DNA from: Roseibacillus sp.
Lineage (GTDB): Bacteria > Verrucomicrobiota > Verrucomicrobiia > Verrucomicrobiales > Akkermansiaceae
Assembly (NCBI GenBank): GCA_051251855.1
Contig: JBPOGI010000001.1
Span: 224,001 to 288,000 of the forward strand
Length of the DNA stretch: 64,000 nucleotides
Reading direction: 5' to 3'
Part shown: positions 37,945 to 47,902 of the stretch, one piece after another
Numbering within the stretch: position 1 is the first letter of the stretch
How the letters are laid out: the number at the start of each line of letters is the position of its first letter
Made by a program: the position numbers and the translations under genes
The notes under the pieces: generated by a model
Told to the model about the DNA's origin: nothing
The model's input: only the letters and a program-made list of their open reading frames with translations
Database searches by the model: none

Positions 37945-38915
37945 TCTCGCGTAAACAATTTCAAGAGATGAACAAGGCTCGCTGGGAGGAAAGCGAGTCT
38001 CAGATTGCGCGTTTGGATGGCAAGGGCTCATTGTCGCCGGAGGAGGCGCGAGCATTGCCGTCGAATTTTCGTAAAGTTTGTCAGGACTTGGGGCTGTCGG
38101 GGGAGCGACTGTATGGGATGACGCTGTCGAGTCGTCTCAATAGCTTGGTGATGGGGGGCTTTCGGCATCTCCATCGCAGTCGTGCGCGCTTGCAGCCGGT
38201 TCGATTTTTGACGCGGACGTTTCCGGGGGCTTTTAAGCACAATCTGGGGCTCTTTTGGATCAGTGTGGTGCTCTTTTGGTTGCCTTTCTTTCTCTTGGCG
38301 TTTTCGGGGCAGTGGGGCCTGACGTGGATTCAAGCGATTTTAGGTCCGGAGGGAATGCAGGGGATGGATGCAATGTATGGAAAGGACGGCGATGCTCTCA
38401 AGCATGGTCGAGCGACTCATGGTAGTGACTTCATGATGTTCGCGTTTTATATCCAAAACAACGTGAGCATCGATTTTCGCACCTTTGCGGGTGGGATTTT
38501 GTATGGGGTGGGGACTTTGTTTTTTACAGTTTTCAATGGCCTTCATATTGGTTCAGCAGCTGGTTATGTGCAGGCGACGGGGGATCCGATGAAATTTTGG
38601 ACTTTCGTGTCGGGGCATTCGGCATTCGAGTTAGTGGGGTTGCATATTTCTTCAATGGCTGGGCTCCGCTTGGGGTGGGGGATGATTCGTCCCGGGCAGC
38701 TAACGCGGATGGCGGCGTTGGTGAAGAATGCGCGTGAGGCTTTGGTTTTGTTGGGAGGAGCAGCGGTGTTGACCTTTTTTGCGGCCTTTATCGAAGGGTT
38801 CTGGTCGGCGCATCCCAATCCACCAACGCTGAAGTTTGCGGTGGGTGCTTTCTTTTGGGGGCTCACGATTGTTTACCTGATGTCGGGGAGAAAGGAGTGG
38901 TATGAACGTCCGTGA
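37941..38915 (+). CDS. SpoIIM/DUF95 family membrane protein
   Basis: YIQNN, FNG, HSAFEL and AAFIEGF motifs; multiple TMs; ATGA overlap. Confidence 0.9.
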   Translation: MISRKQFQEMNKARWEESESQIARLDGKGSLSPEEARALPSNFRKVCQDLGLSGERLYGMTLSSRLNSLVMGGFRHLHRSRARLQPVRFLTRTFPGAFKHNLGLFWISVVLFWLPFFLLAFSGQWGLTWIQAILGPEGMQGMDAMYGKDGDALKHGRATHGSDFMMFAFYIQNNVSIDFRTFAGGILYGVGTLFFTVFNGLHIGSAAGYVQATGDPMKFWTFVSGHSAFELVGLHISSMAGLRLGWGMIRPGQLTRMAALVKNAREALVLLGGAAVLTFFAAFIEGFWSAHPNPPTLKFAVGAFFWGLTIVYLMSGRKEWYERP

Positions 38916-40470
38916 CTTGAGCATTGTATTACGGCCTCGCTCCAGCTGGGAGGCGGTCGATTTGGGGACGGGTTTAGCGAAGCGATACTATCGCGACCTT
39001 TTTAGAATGGGGTTAGTTGGGTTTGGGCCTGTTTTTCTGGTGCTTGCGCTGCTGTGCTGGAAGCTGCCGCTGTTACTTCCGGTGTTGATTTGGTGGTTCA
39101 AGCCGGCTTACGATCGATTTTATCTTCACTATTTGAGTCGTCGCATTTTTGGGCAAGAGGTGACGGTGGGAGAGACGTGGGGAGAGTGGAGGCGCTTGCT
39201 GTTCAAGGGGACGTTTTCGCTGCTGACGTGGCGGCGGTTTCTAGTGAATCGCTCGATGGTGCTGGCGGTCTCTGATTTGGAGAATCTCAGCGGTTCGGCG
39301 CGAGGTGCTCGCTGTGGGGTTCTCTCCCGGGTGGGAGGGGGGACTGCGTTTCTCATTACGTGGGGCGGGTTGTTTATTGAGTTTTTGGGGCTGATGACGA
39401 TTTCAGTTTTGGTTGGTTTTTTTATCCCGCAGGGGCAGGGCGTTGAGTGGGATGCGATGATGGTTTGGTTCGGGAACGGTGGAGTGGGGCTCACCCTTCT
39501 GATCCTGTTCTTCGGATTGTTTTATGGGATGCTAGTTGTGCTTTGGGAGCCCTTTTATCTGGCAAGTGGTTTTGCGCTTTATCTCAATAGTCGCACCAGT
39601 CAGGAAGGTTGGGATATTGAGTTGCGGTTTCGTGAATTGGCGGCCCGGGTTGCTCAGACGAGAGTGAACGTGGGGAATATAAATGAGGAGGGAGGCAAGT
39701 CTCGCAAGAGCGGAGGGGCGGCCTTTGCTAGCTCGAAATCGAGTGGAGTCTTGGGGCTTTTTCTTTTGGTGGGAGCGTGTTTCTTGGCGAGTTCACTCAA
39801 GGCTGAGGATGGTTCTGAGCCTCAAGAGGTGATTCACGAGGTTCTTGCTCATGAGGACTTTGCGAATCATGTCGAGAAATACAAAGAGTGGGTGCCGAAT
39901 GAGAACAGTTGGTTAGAGCGCTTCGGCGAGTGGTTGGAGGGGGTGGGAGTCCCGCAAAGCCTTGATGGTGGCGCTGGCGCGGCGATGGGGGTGCTCTTTC
40001 AGTTAGTGGGAATTTTAGCACTCTGTCTATTGGGGGTCGTGTTGGTGGTATTGATGGTGAACCTCTTTCGTGCGCGTTCTTTGCGGGTGGGACCAGGGGA
40101 GAAGATTTTTAAGCGGCTGCCTCCTCAAGTGTTGATGGGAATGGAGGTGACGCCTGAGTCGCTGCCGGATAATCTGCTTGGCCAGGCGCGTCACTATTGG
40201 GGTGCTGGGCAAACGCACTTGGCGATGTCGTTGCTTTATCGGGGAGCTTTGACGAAGTTGATCACCGAGCAGGAGGTGCCAATTGAGGGGTCGAATACGG
40301 AGCTGGAATGTGTGGCTCAGGTAGAGTCGGCGGCGCCAGCGAATTTGGCCGCGTATTTCCAGCTGCTGTCGTTGCAATGGATGAAGGCCGCCTACTCGAA
40401 GGAGGAGGTCGAGCCGGAGTCTTTTGAGCGCTTGTGCGCGACGTGGCCATTTGAAGGGAGGGCAGAGTGA
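38902..40470 (+). CDS. DUF4129-domain membrane protein
   Basis: RPRSSWEAVDLG N-terminus, LYLNSRTSQEGWD, and a C-terminal LLYRG...TELEC...AY domain. Confidence 0.82.
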   Translation: MNVRDLSIVLRPRSSWEAVDLGTGLAKRYYRDLFRMGLVGFGPVFLVLALLCWKLPLLLPVLIWWFKPAYDRFYLHYLSRRIFGQEVTVGETWGEWRRLLFKGTFSLLTWRRFLVNRSMVLAVSDLENLSGSARGARCGVLSRVGGGTAFLITWGGLFIEFLGLMTISVLVGFFIPQGQGVEWDAMMVWFGNGGVGLTLLILFFGLFYGMLVVLWEPFYLASGFALYLNSRTSQEGWDIELRFRELAARVAQTRVNVGNINEEGGKSRKSGGAAFASSKSSGVLGLFLLVGACFLASSLKAEDGSEPQEVIHEVLAHEDFANHVEKYKEWVPNENSWLERFGEWLEGVGVPQSLDGGAGAAMGVLFQLVGILALCLLGVVLVVLMVNLFRARSLRVGPGEKIFKRLPPQVLMGMEVTPESLPDNLLGQARHYWGAGQTHLAMSLLYRGALTKLITEQEVPIEGSNTELECVAQVESAAPANLAAYFQLLSLQWMKAAYSKEEVEPESFERLCATWPFEGRAE

Positions 40471-41567
40471 GAGTTCGGGATGTGATTTTTGTGAGCCTTT
40501 CCTTCTTGTTGGTGGGGTGTGGTAAGTTTGAGGAGAGCGAGCGAGAGGTGGGTTATCAGGGAGAGGCCAAGATGAACCATTTGCTGGGGGCCGAGAGGCT
40601 GGCGAACGAGTTGGGAATGAAGGCGTCGAGTTATGCCGGAGCGCCGTCCTTGCCTCCCGCTGCCGGAACGACCTTGATGCTGCCCGCAGAGAGTTTGCAA
40701 AGCGTGGGGCAGTTGAGCGAAATAGAGGATTGGGTTGTGGAGGGAGGGAATCTAATCGTCTATCTGACTCTCAAAAATAAACGGCTTCCAGCTTGGGATG
40801 AAGACGAAGGCGCTGAGCCTTTTCGAGCTTTTTTGGACTACTTCGCACTCGATGCACAGCAGGCCGGAGGTGAGAAAGAGGAAGGGAAAAATCGGAAGAT
40901 CTCGTCGCTGGGTTTTGAGGAAGATGACGAGTATGAGACTGATTTTGAGACCCCGTATCTCATTTTGGACGATGAGTCTCTAGATGAGGAGTTGAAGGCC
41001 TTTCATTCATACAGTTACGGAGAGGGGAACTTAACGGTTTTGGCTTCGGCGCAGTTGTTCACTAATGAGTTCATCGGGAAGGGGGAGCATGCGACTTTAT
41101 TGTGGCACTTGTTAGAAGATGGAAAAGAGGAACAGGTGTGGTTCATTCACTCGGCGCGTCTTTCTTTTACGAGGCTTCTTTGGCAGCAGGCCCCGTACGC
41201 GGTGGTAATGTTGTTAGTGACTTTAGTTTTGTTGGTTTGGTGGGCCGCGCGCGGGTTTGGGCCAAAGTTTGTGCGGGGCGCGAATCCGTCCGCGAAGTTG
41301 GACGCGCATTTGGAGGCGAGTGGTGCCTTTTTCGTGAAACACGGGGCCGATGCTTTGGTTGTTTCGCAGCTGCAGGGGAGACTGTTTCGAAGGCTGGCGC
41401 GGGCTTTGAATCAACCTCTCAATACCAAAGAAGGTGAACTTCTTTCGCTGGCGGACCAGGAAGGGCTTTTAGATGCTTCCGAGAGGGGGGCATTGATAAG
41501 CCAGCCGACGAGCAAAACACTTTTCACCACGCTACAAACTCTCAAAAATCTCGATAAAAAATTATGA
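40467..41567 (+). CDS. DUF4350-domain lipoprotein/membrane protein
   Basis: LVGC lipobox, WVVEGG, YGEG, and a C-terminal TM followed by FGP; operon context. Confidence 0.78.
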   Translation: MRVRDVIFVSLSFLLVGCGKFEESEREVGYQGEAKMNHLLGAERLANELGMKASSYAGAPSLPPAAGTTLMLPAESLQSVGQLSEIEDWVVEGGNLIVYLTLKNKRLPAWDEDEGAEPFRAFLDYFALDAQQAGGEKEEGKNRKISSLGFEEDDEYETDFETPYLILDDESLDEELKAFHSYSYGEGNLTVLASAQLFTNEFIGKGEHATLLWHLLEDGKEEQVWFIHSARLSFTRLLWQQAPYAVVMLLVTLVLLVWWAARGFGPKFVRGANPSAKLDAHLEASGAFFVKHGADALVVSQLQGRLFRRLARALNQPLNTKEGELLSLADQEGLLDASERGALISQPTSKTLFTTLQTLKNLDKKL

Positions 41568-42610
41568 GCAACGAAGACGAATTATCTCAACTACCTCTTC
41601 CTAATGAACCCGAGCCTGTTACAGCCGCAGCAGGGGTGGAGGCGCCTCCGTTGCCGGTGCCTGACCCGAGCCTGGCGATGTTGTCGCGAATCCGAAAGCA
41701 GATTGAGCGGGTGTTTGTGGGGCAGGATGCACTTGTGGATAATATCTTAGTGGCGTTCGTAAGTTCGGGGCACGTCTTGATTGAGGGGCATCCTGGATTG
41801 GGAAAGACGCATTTGGTTCTCTCGTTGGCGCAAACCTTTGAGGGGCTGTTCAAGCGGATTCAGTTCACGCCGGATTTGATGCCGTCAGATGTCACGGGGC
41901 ATAGTCTCTACGATATCTCGAAACAGGCTTTTGAGGTGAAGCAGGGCCCGGTGTTTACCAATCTCCTTTTGGCGGATGAAATTAACCGAGCGCCTGCGAA
42001 GACACAGTCGGCCTTGTTAGAGGTGATGCAAGAGCGGCAAGCGACGATTGACGGGGTGTCGTATCCTTTGCCGAGGCCGTTCATGGTCTTGGCCACTCAG
42101 AACCCTGTTGAACAGGATGGGACGTATCCTTTGCCTGAGGCGCAGTTGGACCGCTTTATGATGAAGGTGATTGTCTCCGAACCGAGCCTAGAGGAAGAGG
42201 TTCTCATCGCGAGTCGTGCCACTGAGTCTGGGATGGAGTCTTTGAAGCCTGAGCAGATTGATTCGGTTTGTTCTCCGCAGGACATCGAGGAGCTGCGGGC
42301 GTCGTTGAAAAACGTGACGATTTCGCCAGCGGTGATTCGCTATGCGGTGGAATTAGTGCAGGCGACGCGAGCTTCGGAAATGACGTCTTATGGTGCCAGT
42401 CCGCGGGCGAGTATCTCCTTAGTGCAGGCAGCGAAGGGGTTCGCTATGTTACGCGAGAGGAATTATGTGGTGCCAGACGATATCAAAGGGTGCGCCTTGC
42501 AGGTTCTTCGGCATCGGGTGCGGTTGACTCCTGAGGTGGCGATTTCTGGGCAGACTGTGGATGAGACCGTGGCGGCGATTGTGAATTCGGTAGAAGCTCC
42601 TCGGCAGTAG
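41564..42610 (+). CDS. MoxR-family AAA+ ATPase
   Basis: GHPGLGKT, RIQFTPDLMPSD, LADEINR, ATQNP and LPEAQLDRF motifs. Confidence 0.95.
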   Translation: MSNEDELSQLPLPNEPEPVTAAAGVEAPPLPVPDPSLAMLSRIRKQIERVFVGQDALVDNILVAFVSSGHVLIEGHPGLGKTHLVLSLAQTFEGLFKRIQFTPDLMPSDVTGHSLYDISKQAFEVKQGPVFTNLLLADEINRAPAKTQSALLEVMQERQATIDGVSYPLPRPFMVLATQNPVEQDGTYPLPEAQLDRFMMKVIVSEPSLEEEVLIASRATESGMESLKPEQIDSVCSPQDIEELRASLKNVTISPAVIRYAVELVQATRASEMTSYGASPRASISLVQAAKGFAMLRERNYVVPDDIKGCALQVLRHRVRLTPEVAISGQTVDETVAAIVNSVEAPRQ

Positions 42611-42613
42611 TTG

Positions 42614-43921
42614 ATGCGTCCTGCTATCCAGTTGCTTATTTGGTCCTCCGTGTTGTTCGGGTCGGCTGTGGTTCTGGCTTTCGTTGGGAAGGGGGAAGTG
42701 TTCTTTCTGATGGTGGCGTTGTTAATGTTCTTTGTGGTTTTGGCCGATGGGGTGCTCTTGCTCTTGCCCAGAAAGGTGGTCTTTCATCGTGAGCTTCCAC
42801 CGCGGTTTGCGCTGAATCAGAATACAGAGGTTCCTTTTGTATTGCAGAATCAGGGACGGGTGCCCTTGCGAGTAAAGTTTTTCGATGGTTTGCCTGAGGA
42901 GTGTTCTTACCAGTCCTTGCCGTTCGATATCCCCAAGTTGAAGCCGAAGGAGTATGCTCGCTCAAGCTATCGAGTGACCTTTTTGCGGCGGGGTGATTTG
43001 ACGATTTCTTCTGGTTATCTTGAGGTGCGTTCGTTGTTGGGGTTTTGGTGGCAGAATAGCCGGTTGGGGGAACCGGAAATTGCTAGGGTCTATCCCAACT
43101 ACGTTCCTGCCTTAAATTATGGTCTGCTGGCAACTGCAGATCGCGCTGAGTTGATGGGGATTGTGAAGCCGAGGAATCGGGGGATGAGTAAGGAGTTTCA
43201 TCAGCTGCGGGATTATCAAGATGGGGACGGCATTTCGCAGGTGGACTGGAAAGCGACCTCTCGGTTCAATCGCTTGATCACACGGGAGTATCAGGAGGAG
43301 CGCGATCAAACCATTTTGTTGGTGCCAGATTGTAGTATTCGAACGCGTGCTATGGATGGCGAGTTACCGATTTTGGATCATCTCCTCAATGCCGCCATTT
43401 TGCTTTCTTATATTGCATTGGGTCAGGGCGATAAAGTGGGGGTGATGTCGTTCGGGGGGGAGGTTCGTCATCTTTCTCCGGTGAAGGGGACGCACGGGAT
43501 GGCGCAGATTCTTGATCATCTCTACAATTATCAGCCCACGCGGGACTATGGAGATTATGCAGAGTTGGTCTCGCGGATCATGAGGGTGCAAACTAAGCGT
43601 TGCCTCGTGGTGGTTTTGACGAATTTGCGGACGGAAGATCAATTTGGTTCTTTAGGAGCTTTGCAGTTGTTGACGAAGCAGCATTTGGTTCTCTTAGCCT
43701 CAGTCAGAGAGACTGCGGTGGAGCGTGCTTTGGACAAAGAACTGATGACAGCGAAGGATGCCAATTCTTATTTGGGAGCGCTTGCTTATGAAGAGGATAT
43801 TGAAGGCCTGGTGAGTGAGGCGAGGGGACGAGGTTTCAGTGCGGTGCACGAGTCTTTGGAGAAGTTCCCGATTTCGCTCGCAAATCAGTTCCTTGATTTG
43901 AGAGGATCGGGACGTTTTTGA
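42614..43921 (+). CDS. DUF58 (vWA-like) protein
   Basis: EFHQLRDYQDGD, VDWKATSR and REYQEER motifs, directly after moxR. Confidence 0.92.
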   Translation: MRPAIQLLIWSSVLFGSAVVLAFVGKGEVFFLMVALLMFFVVLADGVLLLLPRKVVFHRELPPRFALNQNTEVPFVLQNQGRVPLRVKFFDGLPEECSYQSLPFDIPKLKPKEYARSSYRVTFLRRGDLTISSGYLEVRSLLGFWWQNSRLGEPEIARVYPNYVPALNYGLLATADRAELMGIVKPRNRGMSKEFHQLRDYQDGDGISQVDWKATSRFNRLITREYQEERDQTILLVPDCSIRTRAMDGELPILDHLLNAAILLSYIALGQGDKVGVMSFGGEVRHLSPVKGTHGMAQILDHLYNYQPTRDYGDYAELVSRIMRVQTKRCLVVVLTNLRTEDQFGSLGALQLLTKQHLVLLASVRETAVERALDKELMTAKDANSYLGALAYEEDIEGLVSEARGRGFSAVHESLEKFPISLANQFLDLRGSGRF

Positions 43922-43987
43922 ATCAGGAACGCTGTCATGGCGGCACTTCCGCTTGTTTCTGGAGTTAAAAAGAGGAATAACTGTGAG

Positions 43988-44179
43988 GTGAAAGTTACCC
44001 TATCTGTTCTCGCGGTCGCATTCTGTGCGCTTTCTTGCACCCCTGTTCACAAGCATCAGGCGGGTGGGGGAGCGTTTGACGATTCACAAGTGGGACAAGC
44101 TCTCGATGCCAATGCACCCTTGCCAGAAGACAATATCAGCGGGGCTCGTAGCTTTGAAGAGTGGAGGGAGCGCGAGTGA
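43988..44179 (+). CDS. Small putative lipoprotein
   Basis: GTG start, signal peptide with ALSC lipobox, GTGA overlap with the next gene. Confidence 0.55.
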   Translation: MKVTLSVLAVAFCALSCTPVHKHQAGGGAFDDSQVGQALDANAPLPEDNISGARSFEEWRERE

Positions 44180-45279
44180 AAGATCCGCGCTACGCTGCAC
44201 TCGCTCGCCAGCTTACCGCCTATTCGACTCAGCTGAAGAAGGGGGAATCGATCCTGCTTGATCTCTATGATGTGCCGGAGAGCTTTGCTGTTGAATTGAT
44301 TCGGGCCGCTCGTAAGCGGGGTGCTCAGCCAGTGGTTCGTTTGCACAGTGCGGCGGTTACCCGAGAGCTTTTGAAAGGTGCGACTGAAGGTCAGTATCGC
44401 GTGATGGCGAAGCATTTGCTCGCTGAAATGAAGGATATGGATGCTTATCTCGCGGTGAGAGGTTCGCATAATATTGCCGAGCAGAGTGATGTTTCGCCTA
44501 AAAATATGGCGTTGGCGATGAGCCACATGCGCAAGGTAATAGACCATCGCGTGAAGAAGACTAAGTGGTGCGTGCTCCGTTGGCCTCATCCGGCGATGGC
44601 GCAGCAAGCAGGGATGAGCACGGAGGCTTTCGAGGATTTTTACTTCAAGGTTTGCTTGCTCGACTATAAGGCGCTGCTGCCATCCATGAATGCGCTCAAG
44701 CGGTTGATGGAGAAGACGTCACAGGTTCAGCTCACGGGCCCAGGGACAGAACTTAATTTTTCGATTCAAGATATTCCGGCAGTGGTTTGTGGGGGCAATT
44801 ATAATATCCCTGATGGGGAGGTTTTTACTGCGCCAGTAAAGGATTCGGTGGAGGGGGTGGTGGCTTACAATGCACCCAGTATTTATCGGGGGATTCCTTT
44901 TGATGGGGTGCGTTTTGAATTTGAGCAGGGCAAGATCGTGAAGGCGACTGCCGCAGGAGGTAAGACACGTGAGCTGAATAAGATCCTCGATTCGGACAAG
45001 GGTGCCCGCTACATCGGCGAGTTTGCCTTGGGTTTCAATCCGGAGATTAAGGAGCCAATGCGCGATATCCTCTTTGATGAGAAGATTGCGGGTTCATTTC
45101 ACTTCACGCCTGGGCAAGCTTACGAGGAGGCTGACAATGGAAACCGCTCGCAGGTTCACTGGGATTTGGTGAACATTCAACGTCCCGATTACGGGGGCGG
45201 TGAGGTGATTTTCGACGGCAAAGTGATCCGGAAGAACGGGAAGTTCCTAGCCAAGAACTTGGCGAAGCTGAATTGGTAA
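44176..45279 (+). CDS. Aminopeptidase, family M29 (AmpS/PepS-like)
   Basis: [23 protein letters not shown] and NRSQVHWD motifs. Confidence 0.93.
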   Translation: MKDPRYAALARQLTAYSTQLKKGESILLDLYDVPESFAVELIRAARKRGAQPVVRLHSAAVTRELLKGATEGQYRVMAKHLLAEMKDMDAYLAVRGSHNIAEQSDVSPKNMALAMSHMRKVIDHRVKKTKWCVLRWPHPAMAQQAGMSTEAFEDFYFKVCLLDYKALLPSMNALKRLMEKTSQVQLTGPGTELNFSIQDIPAVVCGGNYNIPDGEVFTAPVKDSVEGVVAYNAPSIYRGIPFDGVRFEFEQGKIVKATAAGGKTRELNKILDSDKGARYIGEFALGFNPEIKEPMRDILFDEKIAGSFHFTPGQAYEEADNGNRSQVHWDLVNIQRPDYGGGEVIFDGKVIRKNGKFLAKNLAKLNW

Positions 45280-45345
45280 GGGCGCAAGGACGTTGCTGTC
45301 CTTGACTGTTCGCTTCAATTGAAGGACAGGAATGTCTTTGTTCCA

Positions 45346-45849
45346 TTAATCCTCGTCGCGCTTGGTCTTGGTGTCGGTCGCCTCGGCAGGACTGGGGAGG
45401 GCGATGACTTTGCGGACGAGCTTGCGAAGGCCTCCAGTGGCTTCGTCGTATTCGCTTTCGGCTTGGCGAAGAGCGACTTCCCAAGCAGAGGCAAACCCAG
45501 GGGCCTGCTCGCGCATCAGGCGCACGGCGGTCTCCATGGTGTGAAGGGCTCGTAACTCGCTACGGCCGGGCTTGTTCTCGAGGGCGGCTAAATTGACACG
45601 AAGGTTCTCGTTCTGTTCCTGAAGTTTGTCGACTTTGTCTTGGACGGTGCTGTTTCCAGAGGCGTTGATTTTGAGCTGAGTGTTCAGATGGCTCTCGAGT
45701 TCACGCATTTCTGTTCCCAAGCGTTTATTCTCCTTCTTCAGGTTCATTTTGGCCGCCAAGGCGGATTTCCATGTGAAAAAGGTCAGCGCGAGTCCAATTG
45801 CCAATCCCCAAGCGAAGGGGTTCTTAATAAATTCCCAAAAGGTGTCCAT
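45346..45849 (-). CDS. Hypothetical TM plus coiled-coil protein
   Basis: N-terminal TM and heptad-rich body. Confidence 0.75.
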   Translation of the reverse strand: MDTFWEFIKNPFAWGLAIGLALTFFTWKSALAAKMNLKKENKRLGTEMRELESHLNTQLKINASGNSTVQDKVDKLQEQNENLRVNLAALENKPGRSELRALHTMETAVRLMREQAPGFASAWEVALRQAESEYDEATGGLRKLVRKVIALPSPAEATDTKTKRDED

Positions 45850-45972
45850 GCCGGAACTCTAACGTCAGCTGATGCTTTTCCAACTGGAAATTGGCTTTCG
45901 TCAGAAGATTGGTGAGAATTACAGCTTCAGGGGTTGAGGCGAGTTGGGGGGATAGTCTAGTCTTCAAGCTTG

Positions 45973-46794
45973 ATGAGGTTGGCAGTGCTGGGCAGTGGAA
46001 GTGGGGGAAATGCGACTTTGCTCGATCATGGGCAAGGATGTCTCCTCGTAGATGCAGGGCTCAGCGCCAAACAACTGGTGCTGCGGATGAGAGAGCTTGG
46101 GGTTGAGCCTGAAGAACTCTCTGGAATTCTCATTACTCATGAGCACGGCGATCATGTGAAGGGGCTGGAGGTCTTTGCTCGCAAATTTGAAGTGCCGGTC
46201 TATGCAACGGCTCTCACGCAAGAGGTTTTGATGCGGAAGGTGACCTCTGTGCGGCAGTGGAAACTCTTTTCGGCGGGACAGGGGTTCGATTGTGGGGGAG
46301 TGACGGTCCAAAGTTTCTCGATTCCTCACGATGCGGTCGATCCGGTTGGCTTTAAGTTTGAGTTTGAAGAGGCGAAAGCGGCGGTCGTGACAGATTTAGG
46401 GCATGCGAACTCGCGTCTGATAGAACGACTAAAGGGGGTGACAGCAATGGTGTTAGAGGCCAACTACTGCGACCAAATGTTAGAAGATGATGAGGTTCGT
46501 CCTTGGTCGCTGAAGCAACGGATTTCTTCGCGTCATGGGCATCTCTCTAACGATCAAGCTCGCGAGCTTGCGCGTGAGCTACAGGCGTCAGGTCTAGAAC
46601 GGGTGGTTTTAGGGCACCTGAGTAAGGATTGTAATACTGCCGAAGTAGCGAGCAAGGTTTTCGAGGGCCTGGGCTTGAGCGAAGTTCGGGTGGCTTCTCA
46701 GACGGTGGTGACAAATTGGATGCCAGTGAAGTCGCCGGTAGAAGCGCCTAATGTGGTCGAGGAAACGGGACAGGTCTTGATGGGGTTGTTCTAG
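45973..46794 (+). CDS. MBL-fold metallo-hydrolase (YycJ/WalJ-like)
   Basis: LGSGSGGN, VDAG, THEHGDH, PHDA, TDLG, LEANY, GHLSN and GHLS motifs. Confidence 0.92.
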   Translation: MRLAVLGSGSGGNATLLDHGQGCLLVDAGLSAKQLVLRMRELGVEPEELSGILITHEHGDHVKGLEVFARKFEVPVYATALTQEVLMRKVTSVRQWKLFSAGQGFDCGGVTVQSFSIPHDAVDPVGFKFEFEEAKAAVVTDLGHANSRLIERLKGVTAMVLEANYCDQMLEDDEVRPWSLKQRISSRHGHLSNDQARELARELQASGLERVVLGHLSKDCNTAEVASKVFEGLGLSEVRVASQTVVTNWMPVKSPVEAPNVVEETGQVLMGLF

Positions 46795-46924
46795 TGTCTC
46801 GCGACATTTATTTTGTGGGATTAGAAAAAATCCTCAAGCTCATTCTTCTGTCCGACGGAAGGAGGCTTTTCTCAAAGTTCAAACAGAAAACCAATGTCCC
46901 AAAATTGATGTCGTGAGGCACTAG
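46791..46924. mobile_element. MITE-like element, 134 bp, with ~25-bp imperfect terminal inverted repeats ending in CTAG
   Basis: ctagtgtctcgcgacatttattttg ... caaaattgatgtcgtgaggcactag (21/25 complementary); no transposase. Confidence 0.6.
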
Positions 46925-47013
46925 TAGTCTGAAAAATGATGTGCGATGGATCACTTGCTTCAGGTGCGTTCAATCGGCGTTAACTTTTATTTTTTTCGTG
47001 ATGGCTTAGGTAA

Positions 47014-47793
47014 TTACCAATGCAACTCGGTGCCGTCGTAATACCAGAACCCGCCGGAGTGGGTTGCATCGAGTTTGGCGATGAGTGCGATGATTTTGGA
47101 AACACTCTTTTCGGGCTTGAGAGGGGCTCCCTTGCCGCCCATCGCCGTTTGGTTGCGGCCAGGTGCCAGCGAGATAACGATGAAGCCTTCTTTCGCCAGC
47201 TGGCTGTGGAGATTTCGGGTGACCATGTTCACTGCGGTTTTACTGAGGGCGTAACCGGTCATTCTGCCAGTGCCATCGGTCAATCTTCCTGCGCGGGAGG
47301 AGATGTTGATGATCTTGGGGGTATCCGAGAGTTTGAGATTGGGAATGAGAGCTCGAGAAACGAACAAGGGGCCCAAAGTGTTCACCGAGAAGCTGAGGGT
47401 CATGTCTTCTCTTGTCTGCTTTCGGCCGAGGTATCCTGCATTATTAATCAGGATGTCGATTCGCTTTCCTTTGAGGCTCTTGGCAAGGTTGGCGATGTCC
47501 TCGTCACTGGTGACATCGAGCTGGGCCACTTCTGCGCCGGTCTCTTTCAGTTCGGTGGCCTCCTCGGGCTTGCGAGCGGTTCCAATGACATGGTGTCCGC
47601 TGGCGCGGTATTGTTTCGCATACTCAAGTCCGAGCCCACGGTTGGCACCCGTAATCAGCACGGTCAGCGGCTGATTTTTTGAGGCATCTTCGGCCTGAGT
47701 GGTTTGGACGCCCAGAGCGAATATCACGAACAAGACGCTGGGCAAAAAGTATCGAGAGAGCATTGTTGAAGTGAGTGTTTCTTGAGTGTTCAT
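47014..47793 (-). CDS. Short-chain dehydrogenase (CsgA-like) with N-terminal signal peptide
   Basis: TGANRGLG, NNAG, ISS and YALSK motifs; hydrophobic leader ending TQA. Start may be 47763. Confidence 0.88.
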   Translation of the reverse strand: MNTQETLTSTMLSRYFLPSVLFVIFALGVQTTQAEDASKNQPLTVLITGANRGLGLEYAKQYRASGHHVIGTARKPEEATELKETGAEVAQLDVTSDEDIANLAKSLKGKRIDILINNAGYLGRKQTREDMTLSFSVNTLGPLFVSRALIPNLKLSDTPKIINISSRAGRLTDGTGRMTGYALSKTAVNMVTRNLHSQLAKEGFIVISLAPGRNQTAMGGKGAPLKPEKSVSKIIALIAKLDATHSGGFWYYDGTELHW

Positions 47794-47902
47794 TTTCTAT
47801 CGGGAATAGAGTGGCGACGAGAAGGAGAGGAGTTGACTCTTCGCGATCGTCTCTGAGAGTAGCAGGGGAGTAAGCCTCAATGAAGGGGAGAGTCGATGAG
47901 AT

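Noticed and set aside
47020..47682. Long antisense ORF opposite the SDR
   Set aside because: Antisense ORFs opposite SDR genes are a known codon-usage artefact; no recognisable motifs.
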